From NCBI GenBank assembly GCA_964016885.1, contig OZ024741.1:60698001-60762000 (forward strand): DNA of 64,000 nucleotides, given 5' to 3'. A program made the position numbers and the translations under genes. The DNA is from Eledone cirrhosa (Eukaryota). The notes below the pieces were generated by a model. It was not told the origin of the DNA and searched no databases. It saw only the letters and a list, made by a program, of their open reading frames with translations. Of this stretch, positions 1-18,321 are shown one piece after another; position 1 is the first letter of the stretch, and the number at the start of each line of letters is the position of its first letter.

Positions 1-61
1 TACTTTCAAAGCCCATATGTTGTACATCAAAGTCATGTACAAACTGTCATGGTGAATCCTC

Positions 62-172
62 CAAGAAATTACGTTAAGAATACTCAGCCACTTGCAGGTT
101 AATTTAACGAGAAGGCTGTTCCGTTGATAGAATCAACTGGAACACTCGACGTCGAAACGGACGGAGGTCCAA
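62..172 (+). mobile_element. 3' fragment of a tRNA-derived SINE (family 1)
   Basis: ccgttgatagaatcaactggaacactcgacgtcgaaacggacggaggtcca matches the tails of copies at ~590-900 (-), ~3695-3970 (-), 5010-5170 (+) and 55835-56150 (-). Confidence 0.6.
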
Positions 173-587
173 TATTCATTATAATTATTGGAATTGTTGT
201 CGTTTTATATCATATTTATTGCTAATTTCTTATTTGCTGTTAATGCTATTCAACAATAATTGATTCAAAGGTGATTGGAAATGATTACGCGAACATATGA
301 CACATTCGATATGTCTAAAATTGAAAATAGTAATTGTATTTCATGCTTGCAATTTATATACAAGGGTTAATGAGGTGAATGCAATAATGAAAAATCGATT
401 GAAGAATATTTCACTGTTCTTGTTCTAACAGATGCACCGTGACATGGGTCAAATAATTCTGCTATCGAACAGTTAACTCAACTAACAAATTGTTTTAGTA
501 TCATTTACATACCTGATAATGGGTGTCAAATATTACTGCATTACAATATAGAGAAAGAATTGGAAGGGAATCACGTCGTTTTTTATG

Positions 588-900
588 GGTGATCCAGTTG
601 TTCAGTCAACTCTACAGCCGCCCTGTAAATGGCTGAGCATTCCACAGACAGACCTACCATTAACGTAATTCTCGGGGAGATCCATCTTGACAGTGTTGGT
701 TAAACTGACCCTTTGAATCACAAGTACAGTTCATTCGACTGGCTTCCAAAGAGTTTCCGTCTATCCAATTTCACCCACACGGCATAGCTCGAGTTAATAC
801 TATGGTAAATGACACTTTCCCAAGATGCTATGTAAAGAGATCGAACCTGAGACCCAATTATTGTGAAGCGATCTTCGTAACTATTCGGCAATGCTGCGTT
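588..900 (-). mobile_element. Degenerate tRNA-derived SINE (family 1)
   Basis: Minus-strand B box (ggttcgatc; plus strand gatcgaacc at ~839); colinear with the copy at 55835-56150. Confidence 0.65.
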
Positions 901-934
901 CCCAGAGAGAGAATTATATTCTTTAACTTACTTT

Positions 935-1250
935 TAGGATGGGTGCGGTTAAGATGTTCGCTTCGTAACCCTATGATCCTTCGTCGCTCACATTGCATGA
1001 CATCTTGGGAAAATCTATTCTAATTTAGTCTATATTATGAGAATGAGTGCATTGACAGAAATAGGGCTCACAATCGTAAGGTCCGGATTTTGATTACCGG
1101 CATGCGTTGTTATCTTTGAACACACTTTATTTCACCTTGCTCCAGTTCACTCAGCTGGGTAAGGAATTAAAAGGGCCACACTTAGCAGATTGGCACGCTG
1201 ACTATCCCTGCGACTTACATTAAAGGTACACATATCTATGAAATGCTCAG
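935..1250 (+). mobile_element. Degenerate SINE fragments (tRNA head plus V-domain-like body)
   Basis: tRNA-like head gcggttaagatgttcgcttcgtaacc; cacactttatttcaccttgctcc matches the SINE at 61591-61714. Confidence 0.5.
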
Positions 1251-1335
1251 CTTTTGTTTATGCATTTCTATGGTAGTTTATAAGCTTGCGATTGCCTTTC
1301 AAACGTTTATAGAATTTCAAAGGATAACATGCCCA

Positions 1336-1426
<91 letters not shown>

Positions 1427-1670
1427 GTGTATGTGTGTGTGTGTGTCTTTGCGTGTGCGTGTCTGTTTATGTGCGTGTGTGTGTCTGTGTATGTGTGCGT
1501 AATGTGCACGTACGACGGGTGACTGAAACGTTTTGAGCCTCACACAAGAAAACCAATAGATATGCCAATGCAATTGTGTCTGTGACGTCTGTAACATGTT
1601 GTTACAGTGCTAGCAAGGTTTCATGGTCTAACACCTTTCCATTTCTTTTCGCATATTCTTAAAGTTGACG

Positions 1671-2363
1671 TACGTGGGTGTTTCATGAAATATGGAAAAA
1701 CTTAAGTATCGAGCAGTGATCAAATATCAGCAGTTCAACGGCATGAGGCCTTGTTGAGATCCATAATGACATGCAAGATGCCACGTCATATGCCACGGCC
1801 AAACGCCAGGTAAATGAATTCAAGTGTGTCAAGGAAGGTGTGGAAGATGACCTGAGGTCTGGGAGGCCGTAACAGTGACCACACCAGAGAACATTAACCC
1901 TGTCCTTGGGATGGTGATAGAAGATAGCAAAAAGATAGCAAAAATCTTAAGTATTTCCCACAAGCTAACCAATAATATTCTAACGCACATATTTTGTTTG
2001 AACAGGTGTCTGCACACTGGGTTCTACGTCTTTTGAGTGAGAAGAAGAAGCGCACTCATCGCATCATGTCTTCCAAAAATTCGGAAGTTTTTGAAGCTGA
2101 TGTGGAAGATCTCCTGGCATGATTTGTAACCATGGAGTAGACTTGGGTCCATCACAAACAAGCTGAAACAAAAGGATAGTTTAAACAGGGGAAGCGCCCA
2201 TACTCCCCTACTCCGATGAAGGCCAAGGTCACACCAGTTACTTCAGGACCGGTGGAAGAAGGGCATGGACTCAAAAGAAGAATATGTTGAAAATTAAAAC
2301 AAGAAAATATGTGTATATCCTACCGTTTGCTAGAAGCTCAAAGGTTTTTAGTCACTTCTCGTA
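1671..2363 (+). mobile_element. Degenerate, internally deleted mariner (Tc1/mariner) transposon
   Basis: Frameshifted translation gives MEKLKYRAVIKY, EFKCVKEGVEDDLRSGRP, VSAHWVLRLL (WVPR-like), FVTME*TWVHH and a C-terminal EYVEN*; decayed TIR-like ends tacgtgggtg / cacttctcgta. Confidence 0.75.
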
Positions 2364-2455
2364 TATCTGTCAAAATAATTGGTAGTATAAATATCCGTTT
2401 ATGTTTACGCTTGAAATGTTAACATTTGAGCATATTTAGACATATGTATGCAAGA

Positions 2456-2486
<31 letters not shown>

Positions 2487-3107
2487 CGTATATACGCACG
2501 GTTGCAAGAGTGTATAAGTGGATGCCTTTGAAAGAGCGTTTATATATTGGTATACATACAAGAGCGTCTATATATATATATATATATATATGTATGCTTA
2601 CAAGGGTGTGCAAGCACGTCAGTAGTAAGTATCAATTATTTAATGGCTTCAACAAATAATTCGATAAACCACCTACGATATGTGATGTATATTAAAACAG
2701 TAAAAATTTACAAAAATACTTTCAAATGCAGTTAGACACGCTACGCAGTTTGTTGCACACGGTAAAATAAACTTAATCCCACCAAATGCAGATAAGTACT
2801 ATAATTTGTAACAATTACAGCAACATGATAATGTTTACTTTTCTATTACGATTCGGCGAAATCATATAAAAATATAATTAAAACATATCAATAAGAGCAG
2901 AAACAAAAAAAGGCCATTTATCAATTGAATGAAGAGCAGTATTACTAACGGCATTACATATATATATACGTACATATATGAACAAATATATTAAACTCAC
3001 ACATACGCACACACACAGATATATATATATACATTAATATGTGTATGTATATATATATATATAAACATATATATATATGCATATATACATATATATCTAT
3101 ACATATA

Positions 3108-3176
<69 letters not shown>

Positions 3177-3286
3177 AGTAATACATATATATATAGTTAT
3201 ACATATTTATATACATATACATATATATATCAATATACATATATTAATGTGTGTGTGTGTTTAATATATATATGTTTGTGTATATA

Positions 3287-3359
<73 letters not shown>

Positions 3360-4102
3360 TATACATACATATATATATATATATATATACATATACGCAA
3401 CTTTAATGTCATGTGCGTGTTCGTGTATATGTACACAAACATACATGTAGGAACACGCGCATCACATCAAAATTCGTGTCACACACACACACAACGATTG
3501 CGCACAACATGAACAGAAAACTTTTCTCAAAGTATAAAAATAAATATTGAATTAAATGTAATATAACGTGTACAATGTTGTATTCCCACTTTTATAGGTA
3601 ACAAGATCGTGTACACATTTCTACTAAGCTAGACTTCATTAAACCAACGATAGATCTGTACACATCTACAAACAATGGAATGGATCTCCATCAGTTTCGA
3701 CGATGCGTCTTCCAGTTTTTCGATCAACAAAACAACCTGCTCGTGAAATTATTATGCATGAGTATGTACCTAAACATAATTCTCGTGGAGATTTGATGCG
3801 CGTATGACAATCGTAGCTTTTAGTAGCACAAGAACAATCCGTCCTATGGGCTTCTAAACAATTTCATTCTCAAGGTTTAATCGAACTGAGGCTATGGTAA
3901 ATGATACTTGCTGAAGAAGCCACAGTATCATCAAAACCTAATGGTTGCGAAGCAAACTCCTTAACCAGACATGATGGGTCCACATATGCGGCAACGATTC
4001 AGAACAACAAATTTTATGCATTTGGATATGGCATCCGGATCTTGTTGTAAAAGGGCAGCATCAGCTGGATTTTTTATTGTTTGTGCTACCTTTGTGTCAT
4101 CA

Positions 4103-4773
4103 GCATGGCTAGTGAGGCATGTTGCATGGCTAGTGAGGCATGTTGCATGGCTAGTGAGGCATGTTGCATGGCTAGTGAGGCATGTTGCATGGCTAGTGAG
4201 GCATGTTGCATGGCTAGTGAGGCATGTTGCATGGCTAGTGAGGCATGTTGCATGGCTAGTGAGACATGTTGCATGGCTAGTGAGGCATGTTGCATGGCTA
4301 GTGAGGCATGTTGCATGGCTAGTGAGGCATGTTGCATGGCTAGTGAGGCATGTTGCATGGCTAGTGAGGCATGTTGCATGGCTAGTGAGACATGTTGCAT
4401 GGCTAGTGAGGCATGTTGCATGGCTAGTGAGGCATGTTGCATGGCTAGTGAGGCATGTTGCATGGCTAGTGAGACATGTTGCATGGCTAGTGAGGCATGT
4501 TGCATGGCTAGTGAGGCATGTTGCATGGCTAGTGAGACATGTTGCATGGCTAGTGAGGCATGTTGCATGGCTAGTGAGGCATGTTGCATGGCTAGTGAGA
4601 CATGTTGCATGGCTAGTGAGGCATGTTGCATGGCTAGTGAGGCATGTTGCATGGCTAGTGAGGCATGTTGCATGGCTAGTGAGGCATGTTGCATGGCTAG
4701 TGAGGCATGTTGCATGGCTAGTGAGGCATGTTGCATGGCTAGTGAGGCATGTTGCATGGCTAGTGAGGCATGT
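4103..4773. repeat. 21-bp minisatellite (gcatggctagtgaggcatgtt) x ~32
   Basis: Direct reading; five units carry a gagac variant. It produces the three repetitive ORFs 3971-4834, 4081-4794 and 4086-4880. Confidence 0.97.
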
Positions 4774-5534
4774 CCAAGAAGCGACACAGTATGATCAAAC
4801 GCGAGACCTAATGATTGCGAAGCGAACTCCTTAACCATCCATGATGGGTCCACATATAAGGCAACGATTCCGAACAACAAATGTTATGCATATTACAGTT
4901 GGTTGTCGGTTCAATTCCCGTCAGTGAGATTTATCCTTGAACAAGATAATTTACTGTTGCTCCAGTGAACACATTCGGAAAAAAATAGTTGCATTTATAG
5001 TAAAAAAAATCATCTGCGTCACACAACGTCTGGCCGAATCTTCCCGAGAATTGCTATTTATAGCATGTTTCTGTAGAATGCTCAGGCACGTACACGTTAA
5101 TTGCACGTACATGTTATTTCGTTGGTCAAACAATTGGAACACTCCTCGTCGGAACAGATGAAGGTCCAACACACATACATTTCTTCTCAACCAGACGTGA
5201 TTAATTCAAATATGGATCTGTACACATCCTCATCAAATAATAACGATATACATCGTTACGGCTTTTAAACCTAATCACATTGATCTTGCTAATAGAAGCC
5301 AACGATTCAATACATCACACTATGTATATTGCTGTTGTTATATAGGGTTAAGGATTAGGAATAGGAAATGCAATTAATATGTAGCATTGGCGTTATCTTG
5401 TTTAAATGACAGTGGTAGAGGGAGAGCAACGCAAATATTCGTATATTTCAACATTTCTCCCCTATGGCATTGCTCTATGAAAATAATTAACCGCGCCTGT
5501 CTCTCTTGATTGCAACAATAAATTTGCTAATGCA

Positions 5535-5538
<4 letters not shown>

Positions 5539-5624
<86 letters not shown>

Positions 5625-5646
5625 TGTCTGTGTATATATATATGTG

Positions 5647-5713
<67 letters not shown>

Positions 5714-5745
5714 ATATATATATATGTGTTATATACATATATATG

Positions 5746-5788
<43 letters not shown>

Positions 5789-5800
5789 ATATATATGTGT

Positions 5801-5838
<38 letters not shown>

Positions 5839-5887
5839 ATATATATGTATATGTTATATACATATATATATATATATAAATATATAA

Positions 5888-5962
<75 letters not shown>
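5539..5962. repeat. (TA)n / (GATA)n compound microsatellite
   Basis: Direct reading; (GATA)n at ~5571-5624. Confidence 0.95.
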
Positions 5963-5966
<4 letters not shown>

Positions 5967-6220
5967 GCAAGTAAGTATGTTTTGAAACAGTGAGCAGGCT
6001 TGAAGTTAGAAAATATATAGCTTTCACCGTATTTTTGACTAAAGGAATTTTAGCCTGATAATGGGGTTTAGAACCCTCAGATAAGTGGAAAAAGATGAGT
6101 ATTGACGTACATGACGTCCCATGTACGTCAATACTCATCTTTTTCCATTTATCTGAGGGTTCTAAACCCAATTATCAGGCTAAAATTCCTTTAGTCGAAA
6201 ATACGGTGAAAGCTATATAT
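5963..6220. repeat. Foldback (~105-bp arms), probable truncated PLE pLTR remnant
   Basis: 6014-6115 is the reverse complement of ~6120-6220; an unpaired ~50-bp extension lies to the left and (TA)n flanks both sides. Confidence 0.7.
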
Positions 6221-6272
6221 ATATATATATACAATATTAAATAAATGGAAACTATATTTATAAAACCATATT

Positions 6273-6338
6273 TATTTCATTATATATATTTCAGGGATAT
6301 CATATTAACAATATGCTATGCCTTCCTCAGACAAAATA
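6273..6338 (-). ncRNA. Type I hammerhead ribozyme motif (family A pLTR, inverted copy)
   Basis: Reverse complement of the motif at 9332-9397. Confidence 0.75.
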
Positions 6339-6846
6339 CAATATAAACAGTTTTATAGATAAATAGATTCGACATACCGTAACAACATCTACTTGCATTT
6401 GAGAAGGTTGATTTGGTAGTGACAAAATTGTACACAGAGAGAAAGAAAGAGAGAGAGAAAGAGAGAAAAAGAGAGAAAAAAAAAGAGAGAAAAAAAAATA
6501 AAAAAAAAAGAGAGAAAAAAGGAAAGAAAGACAGAAAACGAAGAAAAAGAAAAGAAGGAATGCATGGAACAAAATAGAGAGATGGAAAGATAGATAAAGA
6601 GATAGATAAAGAGAAGAACTTCATGTAAAGAAACAGAAAGAGATATATATATATAGAGAGAGAGGAAATAGAGATAGATACATATATATAGAAAGCTAGG
6701 TAGTGGGATGTCTGTTGAATAACGTATCAATGATACATTTATTTATTTATTTATTTATTTAGCTCTAGTATTAATGTAAGGGAGATATATGGAGGGAAAA
6801 CCAGCTGTTATATAGGGAGAGAAAAAATATAGAGACAGAAAAAAAC

Positions 6847-7887
6847 AACCATAGAATAGTCAATTTCCTAGATATAACATTAAATCTCAACACATGTCTT
6901 CACTATCCTTTTCACAAGTTGAATGAAAACTTAAACTATGTAAACTTTAACTCTAACCACCCCAGATCTGTCAAAAACACTATAGTAAACTCTGTCCAAA
7001 AACGTATCTCTACGTCGAATAGAAAGATTTTCGACGAAAAAGCCCAATACTACAATGAAGCATTAGCTAGAGCAGGATATGCTGATAAGATTGTGTACAT
7101 AGATAATGATAGACAAACTAAACAAAGTAACAACTTTTTTAATTACGGCAACATCCTTAACAACTATAATAGAAAGCATCACAATAATTCCAAAGGCCAA
7201 AAAAGAAATAGAACTAGGAACATAATTTGGTTTGCCCCCCCTTTCTCACTAAACATTAAAACCCACATCGCTAAACTATTCTTTAAAGCTCTTGATAATC
7301 GCTTCCCTAGAACACATAGATATCACTCAATTTTCAATAGACATACAATTAAATTAACCTACTCATCCACCAAAAATTTAGCGCAAAATATCAATAGAAT
7401 AAATAATAGGAACTTAAAACCTAGTGATAACAGCATAAATAATATACAAGTTAACAAATTTAACTGTAGAGATAGATCTAAATGTCCGTTAAATAACAAC
7501 TGCTTAGTTAAAAATATAGTATACAATTGTAATGTTAATACTGACTCTAATTCTTTTAACTACGTCGGTTCCACATCGACGGAATTTAAACTTCGCTATA
7601 ATAACCACAAGAATTCTTTCACAGATCCAAGTAAAAAATCTTCAACGGCACTATCAGGCGTACTATGGCAACTTAAGCTAGATAACGTTAGATATTCGAC
7701 GGCTTGGAATATAGTCTCAAGAGGGATTCCTTTTAATTCATCCTCTGAGACATGTGACCTCTGCGCAGAGGAGATATTCTTTATACTAAAATCTAAAAAT
7801 TCCCTTAATCTACGGACAAATTTATTCAGTTGTTGCAAACATAGATTAAACTCAACGTTTAAATATAAATTTAAATTTAAAATGTAG
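6847..7887 (+). pseudogene. PLE ORF C-terminal part (RT thumb, linker, GIY-YIG endonuclease), 5'-truncated
   Basis: NHRIVNFLDI, YVNFNSNHP, RNIIWFAPPFS, NCRDRSKCPLNNNCL, NIVY...YVGSTSTEFKLRYNNH, CDLCAEE, CCKHR. Confidence 0.9.
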
Positions 7888-9331
7888 TATATTTAGTTTG
7901 ATTTATAATTATATGGGAAACTAGCCGATAAATCTTTGATTCTCTTTTTATTCTTTTTATTTTTATTTTATTTATTTAAACATTCTTCATGAAAAATTAA
8001 GCTACCCTAAAAGTTGATGCTCCAAATATTTCGAATAAACGTTACACTAGATAAACTTCTATATTAAATATAAGAACACATGTAGACCAAATTGGGCATC
8101 CTATACTTTTAGAAATGATCTTTGCTAGATGCGATTTGATAGATAATTTTTGGCTTTATCTGTTTTTCGACTCTGATGTTTATAATGAACTTGGCAATAT
8201 ATTGTCAATTAATTTTGAAGGGTTGATCTTTGTGGTTTATTTTATTTTTATTTTTATTTTTAATTTTTATTTTTATTATTGTAGTATTTCCTAATATTTT
8301 TATTTTTAATATTTTTAATATGTAAATTTTTTAATATGTAATATTTTTAATATGTAATATTCTTTCGTAATATTTCTTAGTTTTCTATTTTATTATTACT
8401 TATTATTATTATTGTTATTTTTAGTTTTGTTTCCGATATATTTTTATTTTTATTAGTATATTGAAATCTGCTCTATTTTTGCTTGATAGATAATCTTGTA
8501 GAGTAGAGACAGAAATAGTAATATTGACTCTATATACACATATATGTATAATTAAATTTTTATACCGCATTGAGAATACTTTCCGTGAACTTAGGGTTTG
8601 CAGAATTGATCATGTACATTCACATAGATGTTTGTAATTATCACATAAACATATGAATTTTTTTTAAAAAACTAAACATAAGATCATTAATTTTCACACA
8701 TTGTGGATACATATCTCATTCAGGAATACTGATATTTACAATGTAGAGGCTGGTTTTGTAAATACTAATACCTCTACATTAAAACAGAGGCTTTTACGCC
8801 TCGCCTATGTCTGGATATTGTTGAATTTTTTCTCTCTCTTTTTTTTTTTTTTTTTTTTTTCTCTCTCTATATTTTTTCTCTCCCTATATAACAGCTGGTT
8901 TTCCCTCCATATATCTCCCTTACATTAATACTAGAGCTAAATAAATAAATAAATAAATGTATCATTGATACGTTATTCAACAGACATCCCACTACCTAGC
9001 TTTCTATATATATGTATCTATCTCTATTTCCTCTCTCTCTCTATATATATATATATCTTTCTGTTTCTTTACATGAAGTTCTTCTCTTTATCTATCTTTC
9101 CATCTCTCTATTTTGTTCCATGCATTCCTTCTTTTCTTTTTCTTCGTTTTCTGTCTTTCTTTCCTTTTTTCTCTCTTTTTTTTCTCTCTTTTTTTTTCTC
9201 TCTTTTTCTCTCTTTCTCTCTCTCTTTCTTTCTCTCTGTGTACAATTTTGTCACTACCAAATCAACCTTCTCAAATGCAAGTAGATGTTACGGTATGTCG
9301 AATCTATTTATCTATAAAACTGTTTATATTG

Positions 9332-9397
9332 TATTTTGTCTGAGGAAGGCATAGCATATTGTTAATATGATATCCCTGAAATATATATAATGAAATA
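9332..9397 (+). ncRNA. Type I hammerhead ribozyme motif (family A pLTR)
   Basis: tattttgt-CTGAGGA-aggcatagcatatt/gtt/aatatgatatccct-GAAA-tatata-TA|atgaaata; stems I and II pair and stem III is palindromic. Confidence 0.78.
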
Positions 9398-9654
9398 AAT
9401 ATGGTTTTATAAATATAGTTTCCATTTATTTAATATTGTAAATATACTCCAAATATTTGTCGAGTGCTTTTATATCAGTTATAAATATTTACTAGTTGTA
9501 ACCCAACAATTTAAATATAACTTTCCATATATATATATATATATATATACACATACATATATATAATGTCAATGAATATATATGTATGTAAATGTATATG
9601 CGTGAATAATTTGTGTATACACACACATACACACACATACACATATATATATAT

Positions 9655-9703
<49 letters not shown>

Positions 9704-10154
9704 TAAACGGAATAGAAAATGCTGACAAATTGTTCACAGTTGAAAAATGGTTTAATTAGGAATAAAAGAGTATTAGTGATTGTATGGGTTAGTATTCAGT
9801 TGTGGTTTTAAGTTTTTAAGTTTTTACCGGTTGCGCATTTCTAAATGCTTTTCAAATATATATATATATATATATATATATAGTAATAATAATAAATTTG
9901 AAGACTAAAATCCAAAGAGGGCTCGATAAGGATAAATATATATCAAATATATAAGAACCGTAGAGCAAAAATTTATTAAAATAACAGATTAAAGTTAAGC
10001 AAAGAATCGCTGCTTTCACCCTTAACGGGATCTTCTGAAACTATATATATATATATATACGTATGTGTATGTGCGAGTGCGTCTGTTAATATATAAATGT
10101 GTGAACTTATACCAAAATAAATATCTAAATAAATATATCTGGATTTCGTGTATC

Positions 10155-10257
<103 letters not shown>

Positions 10258-10612
10258 TAATTATATATATTAACTAACAACTAGTTTTCGCTCTACATGG
10301 CTGAATACAATAAATGTAATCTCAGTTTTTCGAATATTAATAATAATATTCGATTCGTTTACAATTTTGCAAACACCCTCATTTATATTCCATGTCATGT
10401 AGAATGAGCCCATCATTCTCGTTCTTGTGTTGGCATGAAAACCGAACTGCAGACACTAATGTTCATCGGTGCAGTTTACTTCTTACCTACCAACTGTCAG
10501 AGGTAGTGAAAATACATGATATATTCTCAAATATATAGTGACTGATCGGCCTGATTTGCATATTAGCCGACTGGCTAATCAGTCAGATCTGCATATAAAT
10601 ATATATATATAT

Positions 10613-14260
<3,648 letters not shown>

Positions 14261-14311
14261 TTGAGCTAACATACATTAAATACCAGTATGCTGATCAAAG
14301 ACCAACTTCCT

Positions 14312-16737
14312 ATGTCAACTAAGAACATACCAATACCATCCAAAGATACATATGAGAAATGATTGATCAATAGTGTCAACTCCTTTATCAATAGAGTGAG
14401 ATGGAGGACATACCATTATGATAAAAACAAATCTAACAAAATTGATGATACTAACAAATTCTTCTCCTTCGGCTTTAAAACTTTTAGAAGACCCCCCCCC
14501 CTCACAACACACTACTAAACTCCTTTGAAAATGACCCAATAAAACTAGTTAAGAACATTAAATACAAAAGCATCGTAATCGAAACAACACCTTCTTAAAC
14601 AAACTTAACTCCTCTATTAATGGATTCAAAACAAGTAGTAAAATGATTGTGCATGCGGACAAGACTATAACATATACAGCCTAGATTATGATACATGTAG
14701 AAAGTTTATATATAATGAACTACACAAGAGCTACAAGAAAACTACTATGAAAAACATAGAAGATATTAATTTGGAAGGCCGTAATATACTGTCCAAACTA
14801 GGACTTCAGAGACATACACAACCATACACCCCAAACCCCACTAGATTCTCTCTGAAGGACCATAAGGAGGATTTCATTAGTAACCCTTCGATTAGACTAA
14901 TCTGTCCTTCCAAGTCTGACATTGGTATTATCAGAAAGAAATTTTAGATATAATCATCCCACAGATTAAACACAAAATATACCTTAAACGGGTGAAGTTA
15001 TCGAATGGTTTAAGGATATCAAGGAAAACAAAAATAAAAAATGTATTCAGTTTGATATCACAGTTTGATACTACACCTCTATTTCCCCTATCCTATTGAA
15101 TAAGGCACTAATTATGGCCATGAACAATAGTGACCTGACTAGACCCCAGATTGATGTCATACTTGCGGATCGTAAAACCGTAATCACTTTTGAAGATCAG
15201 TTATGGACCCGCAAGGATACGCATAACAACTTTGACATAACCATGAGATCTAGTGATTCAGCGCAGGTCACTGATTTGGTGGGCCTATAGCTACTAAACG
15301 AAATCCATAAGGACCTTCCATACCTCAACGGTGGTTTGTACCGCGATGATGCACTACTCCTTATAGACTATAAAAAATTTAATATAGAAAGAACTAGAAA
15401 ACTATTGCATAAGACTTTCAAAAATTATAACCTAAGTATCACCATAGACAAAAACACTAAAAACGTTAACTTCCCAGATGCCACCCTTTACCTAGACTCT
15501 AAGATATATACACCATTCCATAAACCTAACGAAAAACTAATTTACGTAGATACCAAGTCTAACCACCCTAGATCAGTATTAAACTCTATCTCTAAAGGAA
15601 TATCCAATAGAATCTCTAATCTATCTTATGACGAAACCATATTTAGCAAAAACTCACAATACTATAATCAGGCATTAGCTAGATCAGGCCATAATAAGGA
15701 GATCGAGTTCCTACCTATAAAAACACATAGTTACAACATTATTTCGCACAATATGTCCATGAGGAAAAATTGTAATAAGAGTAATAACCACACACACATT
15801 AGTACGAAGGGTGGCAACAAACGTAACTCACACCAGAGAGGACACCAAAATACCATAAACGTAAACACCTCAACAGACATAAAAACAAAAATAGAAGAAG
15901 AACTAATACATTTTTCAACGCCCCTTTCAATCTAAACGTCTCTACCAACCTACCTAAGGCTTTCTTCTCACTCCTGGATAAAAACTTCCCATCTGGCCAC
16001 AAGTACCATAGTCTTATAAATAAAAACACCATTAAAATCTCCTACTCTACCACGCCTAACATAGCATACCACATAGCTAGTAGCAATAAAAGAAAGAGTA
16101 ATACTTTCTTTCAACAAACTAAAACACAGCAGGGGTAAACTTTCAAAACAACGTAATATCTGCAAACCCTGATATCAATAGTAATAATAGTAATAACACT
16201 AATGAAATCAATAACACTGGGAGCGACAATCCCCATATCCATAATGCAATACCTAGCAACCAGACTCCTACAAAACATAATAACCCGCAGGTTAACATCC
16301 AGAATAATTGTAACTGTAGATCTAATAGAACCTGCCCTTTAGATAAAAACTGCTTAATCAAGGACATCATCTACTCATGCACCGTCAGAACTAGCAACTC
16401 TTCTGAAACCTATATAGGCTCTACTTCGAACTGCTTCAAAACCAGATACAATTCACATCTCCATTCTTTCAAAAAACACAGTCTAGCCAACTCCACTTCA
16501 CTATCTAGCTACATACACTAACTGAAAACTAGAAATAGATCTTATACACTGCAATGGGAAGTGATAGGTAAGACGGCATTGTACAGACCACCTAATAAAT
16601 TCTGTAACCTCTGTCTACTAGAGACCCATACTATAATCATCTCGAACCTTAACCTCCTTAATAAAAAATCGGAAGTGTTTGCGTCGTGCCAGCACCGCTT
16701 CCGGCACTCCTTCCAAAACTTTAAATCCAATATATAA
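14312..16737 (+). pseudogene. Full-length but decayed PLE ORF (family D; RT plus GIY-YIG)
   Basis: [11 protein letters not shown]...FINRVRWR, SLKDHKEDF...IRLICPSKSDIG, FDITMRSSDSAQVTDLVG, GLYRDDALL, CNCRSNRTCPL, YIGST, FCNLC, FASCQHRF; several stops and frameshifts. The 3' UTR continues to ~18320. Confidence 0.9.
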
Positions 16738-17062
16738 CACTGGTCTGTTGGAGATGCAGGATATGGCAGCGATAATGAGGGACAGAGACCGCTGGAGAGA
16801 ACTCGTCCATGGATCTCGGGAATTTTACCCGCCTTAGATAGATAGATAGAGATATAACAATGTCAGACTTGAACCCATCACCGCTTCTAACACCACACCG
16901 CAAGGGCATGCCTTACACCACAACACCACACTCTCTGATCCACCCTCCCTCGACACAAATCATTCCATCTATCTATAACTTTATACCAGAGAAATATCCC
17001 CATAAACCCCAACTTTTAAATATAATTATTTTCAATTACTTATAATTATATAGTGATATAAT

Positions 17063-17246
17063 TGTTTCTACTTTAGGCACAAGGCCAGCAATTACCCAGT
17101 GCGTTACTGGTACTTTATTTTATCGACCCCGTAAGGATGAAAGGCAAAGTCAACCTCGGCGGGATTTGACCTCAGATCGTAAAGGGACATAACTATGCTG
17201 GAAAGCATGGCGTCCGACCCTCTACCGATACTGCCAATCCACCGCC
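17063..17246 (-). mobile_element. tRNA-derived SINE (family 2, Meta-domain-like core) with 16-bp target-site duplication
   Basis: Core gcctttcatccttacggggtcgataaaataaagtaccag on the minus strand; TSD tatatagtgatataat at 17047-17062 and 17247-17262. Confidence 0.88.
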
Positions 17247-18321
17247 TATATAGTGATATAATGCAGTCTATATATACTTTAAATACTAGATACGACAGTA
17301 ATAATTTATTAACATAAGGGATCTGTCTAACTTGTATGTAGGGTGCTACAAGAATTATATATGAATTATATATGCAAGTATAACTTGATGGATAGATTAA
17401 TGACATTGTAAATGAGGGATATATTTGTCTGCCCTAGAGATGTATTTGGTTTTGTCACGCAAACAGCCATACGTTGCTCCATAACTCACCAGGGGTTATG
17501 TGGACAAAATTCTAATAGATCTTCTGATATGTTTTGAGAATAGACTGTATTTACGGTGAACTTTGTTATAAAGATATAGCACTTTATATGGAAGATTCAA
17601 TTGTAGCACTATATAATAAGGAGTAATCAACTTCCTATAGATACCTTTAATACATTATGATAGAGTAGACTGTATTTAAAATTTAAAATTGAAAATTAGA
17701 TATAAATATATAACCTTTTATATAAGGGACTCAATTGAGGCAACATATAATGTATATTAGAAAATGAATTTAGATATGAGAATCAGCTAGTTACCTCCCC
17801 TTCCGCATTAACTCCCCTTAATTACACACCTACTTCCAGGTAATAATCCACTGTAAATTCTCGCAGCAGAAGGAAACAATTCTATAAATATGGATTAAAT
17901 ATCACTGAGCCTCAATACGCTATACTAATTTAATGCATCAGACATTCAATACGGAAGCATCGTAACTTATGTGATGGATGTAAAAACTATATCTTCTTTT
18001 TACGGAATGTGAAAATGGTGGTGAATACGAAAACCATAACTTCCTTTGCTTCTTCTTTTTCTTTTTCTGCACACATACTTTTTTTATCTATACAAAAAAT
18101 ACCCTACCACTACAACCACCATAATACTCTTGCTTACCCGCTTAAAGTGCTTGCTTTACATGTAACACCTTGCCGCACAATAATCGTATATAAATGAGAC
18201 ACACTTGCATGCTCCATGTGTACCTAACGCATACACTACCTACTAGATCTGTCTATCAAACTATCCTCTTGCATTATCTGTGTTATCTGCCAAATGTATG
18301 TTAATTTTGATTTTGAATTTG

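Larger units (their letters stand above)
6231..9526 (+). mobile_element. 5'-truncated Penelope-like element (family A) with inverted 5' pLTR
   Basis: 6231-~6835 is the reverse complement of ~8860-9439; the internal ORF fragment is highly similar to the copy at 37091-39320; both ends abut (TA)n. Confidence 0.9.

Noticed and set aside
4103-4773. CRISPR-like array or repetitive Cys-rich protein
   Set aside because: Units are contiguous with no unique spacers, there are no cas genes, and the context is eukaryotic; it is a minisatellite.
6014-6220. HHR in this foldback and in 18322-18770
   Set aside because: Only partial motifs (ctgataa, ctgaggg, ctgatga without GAAA); no complete fold.
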